Shown here: positions 8,901-15,840 of the stretch, one piece after another | Layout of the letters: the number at the start of each line of letters is the position of its first letter | How positions within the stretch are numbered: position 1 is the stretch's first letter | Assembly (NCBI GenBank): GCA_963662715.1 | Contig: OY759724.1 | Location: 1,650,001-1,682,000 of the forward strand | Direction: 5' to 3' | From: Candidatus Omnitrophota bacterium | GTDB lineage: Bacteria; Omnitrophota; Gorgyraeia; Zapsychrales; JANLHA01 | Length of the DNA stretch: 32,000 nt | The notes under the pieces: model-generated | The model's database searches: none | Told to the model about the DNA's origin: nothing | The model's input: only the letters and a program-made list of their open reading frames with translations | Program-made: the position numbers and the translations under genes

Positions 8901-8931
8901 GTCCTCCACGAAGAAAGCTGAAAAAGAATAG
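5905..8931 (+). CDS. Giant membrane protein with MSEP-CTERM-like architecture: ~11-TM N-terminal domain, VIT-like and degenerate vWA-like ectodomain, and a PEP-CTERM-type C-terminal sorting signal
   Basis: Residues 1 to about 365 are almost entirely hydrophobic helices. A VIT-like block spans roughly nt 7380-7740 (VFYFINIGHDNAAEFFRECTLPPGVLITDFRLQLNNELVPGQIFEQKTATWVYHMI ... FELSIFPFRTRETRYAEIEFTYP). LHFILDFSLGED resembles a degenerate vWA MIDAS strand. The C-terminal part reads ETP-APPFWLLAIACFLWL-RSRR (nt 8785-8850). The start is ATG 5905 (17-nt overlap with the upstream gene) or ATG 5923 (1 nt after its stop). Confidence 0.7.
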   Translation: MEDNHKMTILPVSVKSRILVFWVFILPQFVLFLLNVFSFWIIREDMAASHLYKVFTIAGCEIFLLLIMCVLWMSWKRAGLNSIPWKWNWFFLLMHMAYLWYVSYEIPAVIPAGTEAWILDRGQVILSQYAFMMPALFYSALRLACFETRLTRGADIGRSLLVAVGMPMLWYTAMLGLSTFYRWTWMWFPTAIGMVFFVGSSVITLIALIRLSVLIYSWYQGRDAWTHNTVIALVALVGPLAGLLLNRNIPFPADFQSEIIYGLAVVNGLILLVPSIFRMKYQRVRLFLRAWAYPFTLYFFLVFLPFLPLSLLAICALGLGFLFLIPVLLFLLHTKILIEDYQSCAQQGSRMTAVALILSACLVLPGAFVAETLCDKTAVEQALDYVYASDYEQPQWYPGSARAVERTLIKMRQAKDGAQLPYLSALYNRIVFHGMVLPNSKMEYMFRLFTGKSLNDVYEKSAGWRSRIRGRDGAMSAGRRRRPERDRNVVLFSTTKTSRNEGVSTVTKMVFYFINIGHDNAAEFFRECTLPPGVLITDFRLQLNNELVPGQIFEQKTATWVYHMIRDWTRRDPGLIVYKSPQVFELSIFPFRTRETRYAEIEFTYPRDAAPVIYIGRKGIALRSRDEGPPSPPVPLTGQDASGNNYSLVFPEMLESLAKIKRKPYLHFILDFSLGEDPSQYAQQMMDVAAEFPDIHKGKISAANFEVESLTRDFIDFRNSDLIKQHLQQVRLPSRGALELSRVFKHELTMYQSRLESEDFASWSEYPVFVVLSQKKDNVISPEDMSYFQFLTPENDSYYIKTPDQPAQKHPLFRAVLDPYLPEDVVVFRRGPYVSFAPGPRWERWQWHVLINQGKGKQQPLEVYDPNQKYFVPILYERIPGGSFYGQALGLYVKNYKDILNPSKLKRSLPALVQQSKSLGVLIPATAHIIVERSSQWKTLQLREFQRLHSQQGLEFEEDFETPAPPFWLLAIACFLWLRSRRAGAKHPMIPFPVSDCCSSSTKKAEKE

Positions 8932-8981
8932 CGTGTGGTTTTTCATAGAAAAGTGGTTTTATTTCTGTTAAGATAAACGCC

Positions 8982-9752
8982 ATGAACAGATTATTTTTAA
9001 TCCGCAAAATCATGTTCGTCGGATTTTGTCTGACGTTTTTGCTGGGTTTCTCGGATATTAAATTGCAGGATATCGAAACAGCTGTGATTGAAAAAGATTA
9101 TGAAACGGCCAGGAATCTTGCCCAGACATTCCTCGCCTCCAATCCCGGCCGCGCCCAGAAGAATGAAGCTTCTTATTATCTGGGGTTAAGTGAATTGTTT
9201 TTGGGTGAGCCGGAGAAAGCCAGACAGATATTTGTGAAGATTATTGAAAGTGACCCGGATGCCCCGCTGAAGGGGAAAGCCTATATCGGCGAAGTTGACG
9301 CTTACTTTTTTCTGGAGAAGTACGAGGTCGCTTTGCATAAAGCAGAGGCTTTGCTGAATAAACGGGCGGGCCGGGGATTCTCGGGGTTAATCTATCTGAA
9401 AATGGCCCGTGCCCATCTGAAGCTTGGCCGTTGGGACGAGGCCCGGAAGTATTTAAATAAAATTATCTCTTATGCCCCGGACAGTGTGGAAGCTCACCGG
9501 GCAAGGCAGCTTCTCCAGGAGCGGCAGTTTTTTTCCGTGCAGTGCGGTTCCTTCCTGCACCGTTCTCATGCCGAGAATCTGGTGGAAGAATTGAAAGGCC
9601 GGGGGGAATATGCCTATATCGTTGAGACCGTCGATAAAGACGGTACGGGATTTTACCGGGTGCGGGTCGGTCAATTGTCAACCCTTATTGAGGCCAAAAA
9701 TTTAAAAAAGAAATTAGCTGATTTAGGTTATCCTGCCTTGATTTATCCTTAG
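8982..9752 (+). CDS. TPR-repeat plus SPOR-domain envelope protein
   Basis: N-terminal signal/anchor (IMFVGFCLTFLLGF). TPR-like repeats (YYLGLSELFLGEPEKARQIF; YLKMARAHLKLGRWDEARKYL). C-terminal SPOR fold signature (FFSVQCGSFLHRSHAENLVEELKGRG ... GFYRVRVGQLSTLIEAKNLKKKL). Confidence 0.8.
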   Translation: MNRLFLIRKIMFVGFCLTFLLGFSDIKLQDIETAVIEKDYETARNLAQTFLASNPGRAQKNEASYYLGLSELFLGEPEKARQIFVKIIESDPDAPLKGKAYIGEVDAYFFLEKYEVALHKAEALLNKRAGRGFSGLIYLKMARAHLKLGRWDEARKYLNKIISYAPDSVEAHRARQLLQERQFFSVQCGSFLHRSHAENLVEELKGRGEYAYIVETVDKDGTGFYRVRVGQLSTLIEAKNLKKKLADLGYPALIYP

Positions 9753-9753
9753 T

Positions 9754-10677
9754 ATGCATCATAATAAAATTATTTTCATCGTCGGCCCGACAGCCGTCGG
9801 CAAAACAGAAGTGGCTTTTCGTTTGGCTCAGCAGATGCAGGCGGAAATTGTTTCCTGTGACGCTATGCAGGTTTATCGGGAGGTTTCCATCGCCACGAAC
9901 ACCCCTTTGCCGGAGATGCTCCGCTCCGTGCCGCATCATTGTGTTCATGTTGTTGAGCCTTCCCGGGAATTTGATGTCGCGGCGTATAACGATATGGCGC
10001 TGCAGGCTGTCCGGGATATCTTTCAAAGACAGAAGACAGTGGTGATCACTGGCGGCAGCGGATTGTATATGCAGGTTTTGCTGGACGGCATTTTTCAGGG
10101 AGCGCCCAAAGAACGCTATATCAGGGATGAGTTGTGGCAGAGATTTGAAGCAGAAGGCCGTGAAGCGCTTATCCGTGAATTAAAGGCCCGGGATCCCATG
10201 GCCGCTCAACGCATTCATCCTCATGATACCCGGAGGATTATCCGGGCCCTGGAGGTCTGTTTGGCGACGGATCAGCCTTTTTCCAAGCTGCAAAAGGAAC
10301 GGCAAGGGCTTTGGGGAAAATATGAGATAAGTCTTTATGCCTTGACGCGGGAGCGGGAGGACTTATATGATCGGATTAACCGGAGGGTTGATCAGATGTT
10401 TGAGCAAGGGCTTATGGAGGAGATCGGCCGTCTCCGGCAAAGGTCTTTGAGCCTTACGGCTCGGCGCATTATCGGTTTCAGGGAGGTTTCGGGGTGTTTG
10501 GATCATGAATATGATGAAAGCCGGGCCCGGTATCTTATGAAACTGCATACCCGGCATTATGCCAAAAGGCAGCTGACCTGGTTTAGAAAAGACAATCGTA
10601 TTCAATGGATTTTCCTGCGGCGGGATGCGGGGGCGGCAGAGCCGCTGGCGGCCCTTGCCAAAGCGGAACATTTGTGA
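9754..10677 (+). CDS. miaA: tRNA dimethylallyltransferase
   Basis: P-loop IIFIVGPTAVGKT followed by SCDAMQVYREVSIATN and GGSGLYMQVLL, the canonical MiaA blocks. Confidence 0.92.
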   Translation: MHHNKIIFIVGPTAVGKTEVAFRLAQQMQAEIVSCDAMQVYREVSIATNTPLPEMLRSVPHHCVHVVEPSREFDVAAYNDMALQAVRDIFQRQKTVVITGGSGLYMQVLLDGIFQGAPKERYIRDELWQRFEAEGREALIRELKARDPMAAQRIHPHDTRRIIRALEVCLATDQPFSKLQKERQGLWGKYEISLYALTREREDLYDRINRRVDQMFEQGLMEEIGRLRQRSLSLTARRIIGFREVSGCLDHEYDESRARYLMKLHTRHYAKRQLTWFRKDNRIQWIFLRRDAGAAEPLAALAKAEHL

Positions 10678-10698
10678 ATTTTAAAAGGATTGAATATT

Positions 10699-11970
10699 AT
10701 GAAGTCTGAGAAAGAAATTGTCTTTATTGTTGTGATTGATTATGACCTTAAACGGGGCTGGCACGTGGACGATCTGGCGAAAGAAATGCAGGAACTGGTC
10801 GTGGCCTGCTATGGAGAAGTGATTGATACGCATATCTGCCGTCTTGAGAAACCCAGCGCGGCCTGCTTTCTGGGGCAAGGTAAAGTGCAGGAATTGGCCG
10901 TGCTGTGCTCTCAGCTTCGAGTCAATACTGTTGTTTTTAGTCATGATTTGAAAGGGAGTCAGCAGCGCAACCTGGAAGAGATATTAAAAGTTAAAACGAT
11001 TGACCGCACACAGCTTATCCTGGACATTTTTGCCCGTCACGCCACAAGTCAGGAAGGGAAGATGCAAGTTGAATTAGCCCAATTGGAATATTTGCTTCCC
11101 CGTTTGGTTGGGAAAGGCATTGCTCTTTCCAGGCTGGGTGGAGGTATCGGCACCTTGGGGCCTGGGGAAACGAAATTAGAAGTTGACCGGAGGCGCATCG
11201 GGCAAAAAATTGCTAAGCTGAAAAGAAGTTTGAAAGATGTCTCTTCGAACCGGGCGATTAAGAGAAAAAAAAGGCAGGAGCAAGCTGTCCCTTTGCTGTC
11301 GCTTGTCGGATATACGAACGCGGGTAAATCAACTTTGCTGAACAGGCTGACGGGAGCGGAACAATTGACGCGGGACGGGCTTTTTACAACACTGGATTCT
11401 CTTGCCCGGCAGTGCGTCCTGCCAAACAGGCAGAAGATGGTTGTTTCGGATACCGTCGGTTTTATGCAGAATCTCCCGCATGACTTGATCGAATCTTTTA
11501 AGGCCACTTTGGAGGAAGTGATTTTTTCCGATATCCTTTTGCTGGTGCTGGATGTCAGTGACCTGAATTTCAGGAACAGACACAATGCCGTTTTGGATGT
11601 ATTAAAGGAGCTGGGAGCAGAGCAAAAATCGATTATAACGGTGTTAAATAAAATTGATCTTATTCAAGACAGAACGTGGCTCAGTGACCTTAAGAGCGTG
11701 TGCCAGCATCCGGTTCCTGTTTCGGCTAAAACAGGAGAAAATATAGAAGAACTGCTGCTGAAGATTCAGGAGATGCTGTCCGCCCTGATCGTGGATGTTG
11801 AAGTGAGTCTGCCGATCAGCCGGATGGACCTTGTTAATCTTGCCTATTCGGAAGGGCAGGTCTATGCCGTGAAGTATTATAACGATACAATTTATCTCCG
11901 AGCTTCTCTTCCTACCAGAATTTCCGGAATATATTTAAAAAATCAGATATTCCCGGAGCGTCATAGTTAA
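10699..11970 (+). CDS. hflX: GTPase HflX
   Basis: HflX N-domain (GPGETKLEVDRRRI) and G-domain (VGYTNAGKSTLLNRLTG, DTVGF, NKID). I prefer ATG 10699 (AAGGA upstream) over the listed TTG 10690. Confidence 0.92.
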   Translation: MKSEKEIVFIVVIDYDLKRGWHVDDLAKEMQELVVACYGEVIDTHICRLEKPSAACFLGQGKVQELAVLCSQLRVNTVVFSHDLKGSQQRNLEEILKVKTIDRTQLILDIFARHATSQEGKMQVELAQLEYLLPRLVGKGIALSRLGGGIGTLGPGETKLEVDRRRIGQKIAKLKRSLKDVSSNRAIKRKKRQEQAVPLLSLVGYTNAGKSTLLNRLTGAEQLTRDGLFTTLDSLARQCVLPNRQKMVVSDTVGFMQNLPHDLIESFKATLEEVIFSDILLLVLDVSDLNFRNRHNAVLDVLKELGAEQKSIITVLNKIDLIQDRTWLSDLKSVCQHPVPVSAKTGENIEELLLKIQEMLSALIVDVEVSLPISRMDLVNLAYSEGQVYAVKYYNDTIYLRASLPTRISGIYLKNQIFPERHS

Positions 11971-12055
11971 TTTTAGATATTTGTTATGAATTTGGCCATG
12001 GTGTTAAGCCTTAAGTTTATGTATATGAAATGCTTGCAAACACAATCCTTGTGCG

Positions 12056-12083
12056 GTTAGAAAATCTAACTGTATTTGTTAGA
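12056..12083 (+). promoter_or_regulatory. Operator-like half-site array GTTAGA-N3-TCTAAC-N7-GTTAGA abutting the -35 box
   Basis: Three perfect hexamers are read directly: 12056-12061 GTTAGA, 12065-12070 TCTAAC and 12078-12083 GTTAGA. They form two overlapping perfect inverted repeats 5 nt upstream of the TTGACA. Confidence 0.35.
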
Positions 12084-12088
12084 ATTTC

Positions 12089-12117
12089 TTGACACAGGCA
12101 TTATTTTGTGCTAAATT
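12089..12117 (+). promoter_or_regulatory. Sigma-70-type promoter of the MerR-like / hsp20 / clpB unit
   Basis: TTGACA (12089-12094), a 17-nt spacer, then TAAATT (12112-12117), about 28 nt upstream of the ATG at 12145. Confidence 0.5.
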
Positions 12118-12144
12118 TTTAGTGAGCATAAAAAGGTGACGAAT

Positions 12145-12423
12145 ATGGATGACATGTCTTTTGAAGATTTTGATGTCGAGATTAATCCTTTGGAGCCATT
12201 GTTTATTATCAGCGTCGTCAGTGAAATGGTGCATATCCCTATCTGGACATTGAGAAAGCTGGATGAAAAAGGGATCGTCTGTCCCCAAAGGATTGGCAAG
12301 AAAACCCGGTGCTATTCCAAGCAGCAAATTAAGAAGCTGAATTATATTCATTACTTGATTTTTGAAAAGGGCGTAAATATCAGCGGGATCAAAATTATTC
12401 TGGAAATAGAGGGGAATGGCTGA
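12145..12423 (+). CDS. Small MerR-family HTH regulator, HspR-like by context
   Basis: MerR-type HTH (FIISVVSEMVHIPIWTLRKLDEKGIVCPQRIGKKTRCYSKQQIKKLNYIHYL). It sits directly upstream of hsp20 and clpB. ATG 12145 with AAGGTG upstream is preferred over the listed GTG 12136. Confidence 0.75.
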   Translation: MDDMSFEDFDVEINPLEPLFIISVVSEMVHIPIWTLRKLDEKGIVCPQRIGKKTRCYSKQQIKKLNYIHYLIFEKGVNISGIKIILEIEGNG

Positions 12424-12441
12424 AATTTTTTTGAGCAAAAA

Positions 12442-12468
12442 ATAGCACTCAAGCATGCAGAGTGCCAG
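12442..12468 (+). promoter_or_regulatory. CIRCE-like inverted repeat upstream of hsp20
   Basis: aTAGCACTC-N9-GAGTGCcAg, compared with the CIRCE consensus TTAGCACTC-N9-GAGTGCTAA. The core GCACTC-N9-GAGTGC is perfect. Confidence 0.6.
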
Positions 12469-12507
12469 TTAACAGGAAAAACTGTTAAGCAAAAAAGGAG
12501 GTTTAAC

Positions 12508-12963
12508 ATGACATTAATTAAATGGAGAAAACAACAGCCGGACGTATGGGATGATTTGTTTGCCTGGGGGCATCCTCTGTTGGGGTTGTCGCTTTTTCCT
12601 CCCGTCACGGAGAAAACAGAAAAAACAAAACCGGTCTATATCCCGTCTTTGGATGTTGTTGAAAAAAAGAATCAAATCATTGTTAAGGCGGATTTGCCGG
12701 GATTGCAGAAGGAAGACATCGAAGTTTTGTTAGACCGCAACAGGCTTACGATCCGCGGTGAAAGAAAAGCCGAACAGGAAGAGAAAGACGGGAATTGCCG
12801 CAGGGTTGAACGTTTTCATGGCCTGTTTGAGCGCAGCATACAACTGGGGTCGGATATTATCCTTTCTGACGTTAAGGCAAAGTATAAGAATGGAGAACTT
12901 GAATTAATTATACCGAAGAAAGAAATTCCGCAGGTAAAGACGATAAAAATTCAGGAGGGATAA
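12508..12963 (+). CDS. Hsp20 / alpha-crystallin small heat-shock protein
   Basis: Alpha-crystallin domain (PSLDVVEKKNQIIVKADLPGLQKEDIEVLLDRNRLTIRGERK ... ERFHGLFERSIQL ... AKYKNGELELIIPK). AGGAGG Shine-Dalgarno. Confidence 0.92.
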   Translation: MTLIKWRKQQPDVWDDLFAWGHPLLGLSLFPPVTEKTEKTKPVYIPSLDVVEKKNQIIVKADLPGLQKEDIEVLLDRNRLTIRGERKAEQEEKDGNCRRVERFHGLFERSIQLGSDIILSDVKAKYKNGELELIIPKKEIPQVKTIKIQEG

Positions 12964-12995
12964 TAAAAATTGTCCCTGTAGCATATCCTGGCGCA

Positions 12996-13032
12996 CCGGG
13001 CGGAAGGGAAGATGCGTGTCCTCACCGCCCGG
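12996..13032 (+). other. Intercistronic stem-loop between hsp20 and clpB
   Basis: CCGGGCGG (12996-13003) and CCGCCCGG (13025-13032) are perfect complements separated by a 21-nt loop. The structure lies about 34 nt upstream of the clpB ATG and has no U-tract. Confidence 0.4.
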
Positions 13033-13065
13033 GGAGCCCAAGCCAAGGAAGAGAGGGCGGGAAAA

Positions 13066-15645
13066 ATGTTGCCTTTAAATAAATTCACATTAAAGAGCCA
13101 GGAGGCTCTGCAGAAATCCCTTGAACTGGCCGAGGAGTTGCATCATCAGCAGATTGAGCCCGAACATTTCATCACAGCACTTCTGCATGATAAAGAAGGC
13201 GTGTTCCCCGCCATGCTGGAGCGTTTGAATCTTCCTCTGGCTTCCCTTGCGCAGAGCTGTGAACAGATGCTGGGAAACAAAGCTAAGGTTGAAGGGCAGG
13301 CTCCGTTCTTGTCCCATCAGCTGCATAAAATATTGACCCAGGCCCATAAGACCGCCTTGAAAATGAAAGATGATTATGCGTCCCAGGAGCATATTCTTCT
13401 GGCTTTGGTTCATGACGGGAACAATGCTTTGAGCCGGGAATTGCAGAAACATGGTCTCGGGGAAGAGGATGTCCTTCGTGTTCTGAAGGATATCCGGGGA
13501 GGTCAGCGCGTGAAAGATATGAATCCGGAAGATAAATATCAGGCTTTGGACCGTTATGGCCGGGATTTAACGGCTTTGGCGCAGGCGGGGAGCCTGGACC
13601 CGGTGATCGGGCGGGATACGGAAATCCGGCGTGTCATTCAGGTCCTGTCCCGCAGGACCAAGAACAATCCGGTTCTAATCGGAGAGCCCGGCGTGGGGAA
13701 GACAGCCATTGCCGAAGGTTTGGCTCAGAGAATTTTTTCCGGGGACGTTCCGGAGGGCTTAAAGAACAAGAAGGTCGTCACTCTCGATATGGGGGCGCTT
13801 ATCGCCGGGGCGAAATACCGGGGAGAGTTTGAGGACCGTCTTAAAGCTGTTTTAAAAGAGATTGAGACCCGTAACGGGGAAATCATTCTGTTCATTGATG
13901 AACTGCACACGATTGTCGGGACCGGGAAAGCCGAAGGGGCGATTGATGCTTCTAATTTGCTGAAGCCGGCTTTGGCCCGCGGGTCCTTGCGCTGTGTCGG
14001 GGCAACGACCCTGGACGAATACCGGAAATATATTGAAAAAGATGCCGCCTTGGAACGCCGTTTTCAGCCGGTTATCGTGAATGAACCCGGCGTGGAAGAC
14101 ACGATCGCCATTCTCAGAGGCCTTAAGGAAAGATATGAGGTCCATCACGGCGTCCGGATCCAGGACAGGGCACTTATCGCCGCTGCGACAATGTCTCAGC
14201 GGTATATTACCGACCGGTTCCTGCCGGACAAAGCCATTGATCTTATCGATGAGGCGGCTTCCCGTCTGCGTATTGAAATTGACAGCATGCCGCAGGAGCT
14301 GGATATCAATGAGCGGCGTATCCGGCAGCTGGAAATTGAAAAGCAGGCCCTGAAGAAGGAAAAAGATGATGCTTCCAAGAAACGGCTGGGTGATCTGGAG
14401 GCTGAACTGGAAGAGTTGAAGGAGCAGAATAAAAAGCTGCGTTTGCGCTGGGAGGCGGAGAAACAGTCGATTGATAGGATTCGCAATATTAAAGCGCAGA
14501 TAGAAGATCAAAAAAGCGAGGAGGTCCGCGCAGAAAAAGAGGGGAATCTCGGCAAGGTTGCCGAAATACGTTACGGGATTCTCGTGAACCTGGAAAAGGA
14601 ATTGCAGAAGGAGAACAATGTCCTTGCTGAATCTCAGAACAAAGGTTCTCTTCTAAAGGAGGAGGTCGATGACCAGGATATCGCTGAAATCGTGTCTCAT
14701 TGGACCAAGATCCCTTTGTCCAAATTAATGGAAGGGGAGACAGAGAAATTGATTCATATCGAGGAAAGTCTTAAATCCCGCGTTGTCGGACAGGATGAAG
14801 CGATTGATCTGGTTTCCTCGGCTATAAGGCGTTCCAGGACGGGACTGAGCGACCCTAACCGTCCGATAGGCTCGTTTATTTTTATCGGGCCGACCGGAGT
14901 GGGGAAGACCGAACTGGCAAAGTCATTGGCGTGGTTTTTGTTCGATGATCCCGAGGCGCTGATACGTATTGATATGAGTGAATATATGGAAAAGCACAGC
15001 GTGTCCCGACTGATCGGGGCTCCCCCGGGATATGTCGGGTATGATGAGGGCGGGCAGCTGACAGAAGCCGTCCGGAGACGTCCTTATGCCGTTATTTTGT
15101 TTGACGAGATAGAAAAGGCCCATCGGGATGTGTTCAATGCTTTATTGCAGATCCTGGATGACGGCCGGCTTACGGACGGACAGGGACGCGTCGTCAATTT
15201 TCGGAATACGATTATTATCATGACCTCCAATATCGGTTCTGATGTTATTGCCGATGTCGATGACCGCAGGGAGATGGAACGCCGTATGGCAGAAGCCTTG
15301 AAGACTTGCTTCCGTCCGGAATTCTTAAACCGGGTGGATGAGAAAATCATATTTAACCGTTTAAGAAAGGATGATATCCGTAAGATTGTCGATATCCAGA
15401 TCCGTATTCTTAAGGGCCGTTTGGGGGAAAAGGGGATAGGTCTGGATGTGGGTGCGGACGCTTTGGCTTGGTTAGGGGAAAAAGGTTATGACCCGGTTTT
15501 CGGGGCCAGGCCGTTGAAACGGGTTGTACAGAAGTACGTCCAGGACCCGATCGCCCTGATGATACTCCAGGGAAAGATTAAGGAGCAGCAGACGGTTGAA
15601 GTGTGTGTGGATTCAGAAAAAGATAATCTTATTATAAAGAAATAA
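13066..15645 (+). CDS. clpB: Chaperone disaggregase ClpB
   Basis: Two AAA+ modules ([10 protein letters not shown] and [12 protein letters not shown] Walker A motifs) flank a long coiled-coil middle domain. The N-terminus [15 protein letters not shown] matches usual ClpB starts, so ATG 13066 (GAGAGGG upstream) is preferred over the listed 13012. Confidence 0.95.
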   Translation: MLPLNKFTLKSQEALQKSLELAEELHHQQIEPEHFITALLHDKEGVFPAMLERLNLPLASLAQSCEQMLGNKAKVEGQAPFLSHQLHKILTQAHKTALKMKDDYASQEHILLALVHDGNNALSRELQKHGLGEEDVLRVLKDIRGGQRVKDMNPEDKYQALDRYGRDLTALAQAGSLDPVIGRDTEIRRVIQVLSRRTKNNPVLIGEPGVGKTAIAEGLAQRIFSGDVPEGLKNKKVVTLDMGALIAGAKYRGEFEDRLKAVLKEIETRNGEIILFIDELHTIVGTGKAEGAIDASNLLKPALARGSLRCVGATTLDEYRKYIEKDAALERRFQPVIVNEPGVEDTIAILRGLKERYEVHHGVRIQDRALIAAATMSQRYITDRFLPDKAIDLIDEAASRLRIEIDSMPQELDINERRIRQLEIEKQALKKEKDDASKKRLGDLEAELEELKEQNKKLRLRWEAEKQSIDRIRNIKAQIEDQKSEEVRAEKEGNLGKVAEIRYGILVNLEKELQKENNVLAESQNKGSLLKEEVDDQDIAEIVSHWTKIPLSKLMEGETEKLIHIEESLKSRVVGQDEAIDLVSSAIRRSRTGLSDPNRPIGSFIFIGPTGVGKTELAKSLAWFLFDDPEALIRIDMSEYMEKHSVSRLIGAPPGYVGYDEGGQLTEAVRRRPYAVILFDEIEKAHRDVFNALLQILDDGRLTDGQGRVVNFRNTIIIMTSNIGSDVIADVDDRREMERRMAEALKTCFRPEFLNRVDEKIIFNRLRKDDIRKIVDIQIRILKGRLGEKGIGLDVGADALAWLGEKGYDPVFGARPLKRVVQKYVQDPIALMILQGKIKEQQTVEVCVDSEKDNLIIKK

Positions 15646-15711
15646 GAAATATTAATAAAATATATAATATTGTTAAATTTAAGTAATCTGTTAAAATAGA
15701 AATACTTATCA

Positions 15712-15840
15712 GAAGGCTTGCTTTGAAAAAGGTGGAGACTTCGCTATGGCAGGCACTTCCGCAAGAGCGTGGTGAGCGGGCTTGGCGTAATACGGCGGGA
15801 AAGTGGCAGTCCGGGGCAGTGCCTGGTCGTCGGCACATGA
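15712..15840 (+). ncRNA. Candidate structured leader or small RNA (GC-rich island in an AT-rich spacer); class not recognised
   Basis: Composition switches abruptly from a very AT-rich stretch (15646-15711) to a GC-rich one. There is a perfect 8-bp long-range helix, CAGGCACT (15750-15757) with AGTGCCTG (15818-15825). Competing pairings are GGCACTTCC (15752-15760) with GGGAAAGTGGC (15797-15807), and GTGCC (15819-15823) with GGCAC (15832-15836). No credible ORF. Confidence 0.3.

Noticed and set aside
12079-12456. A 125-aa minus-strand ORF covering the MerR-like gene and its promoter
   Set aside because: The + strand ORF has a clear MerR HTH, a promoter and a Shine-Dalgarno. The antisense product has no recognisable features.
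12431-12457. HAIR-like (HspR) repeat TTGAGC-N10-ACTCAAG
   Set aside because: The spacer is 10 nt, not 7, and the left arm is imperfect. The right arm is simply part of the CIRCE-like left half (GCACTC).
13852-14511. A 219-aa minus-strand ORF, plus other smaller ones, inside clpB
   Set aside because: It is antisense to the ClpB coiled-coil region, whose repetitive Glu/Lys/Leu codons give open antisense frames. There are no recognisable motifs.
15804-15819. Sigma-54-like TGGCAG-N-GGCA element
   Set aside because: The GG-to-GC spacing is one nt off the TGGCAC-N5-TTGC consensus, and the -12 TTGC is absent.
15750-15825. Possible guanidine-I (ykkC) riboswitch, SRP RNA or cobalamin riboswitch in the GC island
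   Set aside because: ACGGCGGGA and UCCGCAAGAGCG echo ykkC blocks. However, the CUAGGGUUCCG start, the P1a hairpin and the CCCGGGAGA end are missing. There is no SRP GGAA tetraloop/AGCAGC motif on either strand, and no B12 box. I judge the resemblance to be chance.
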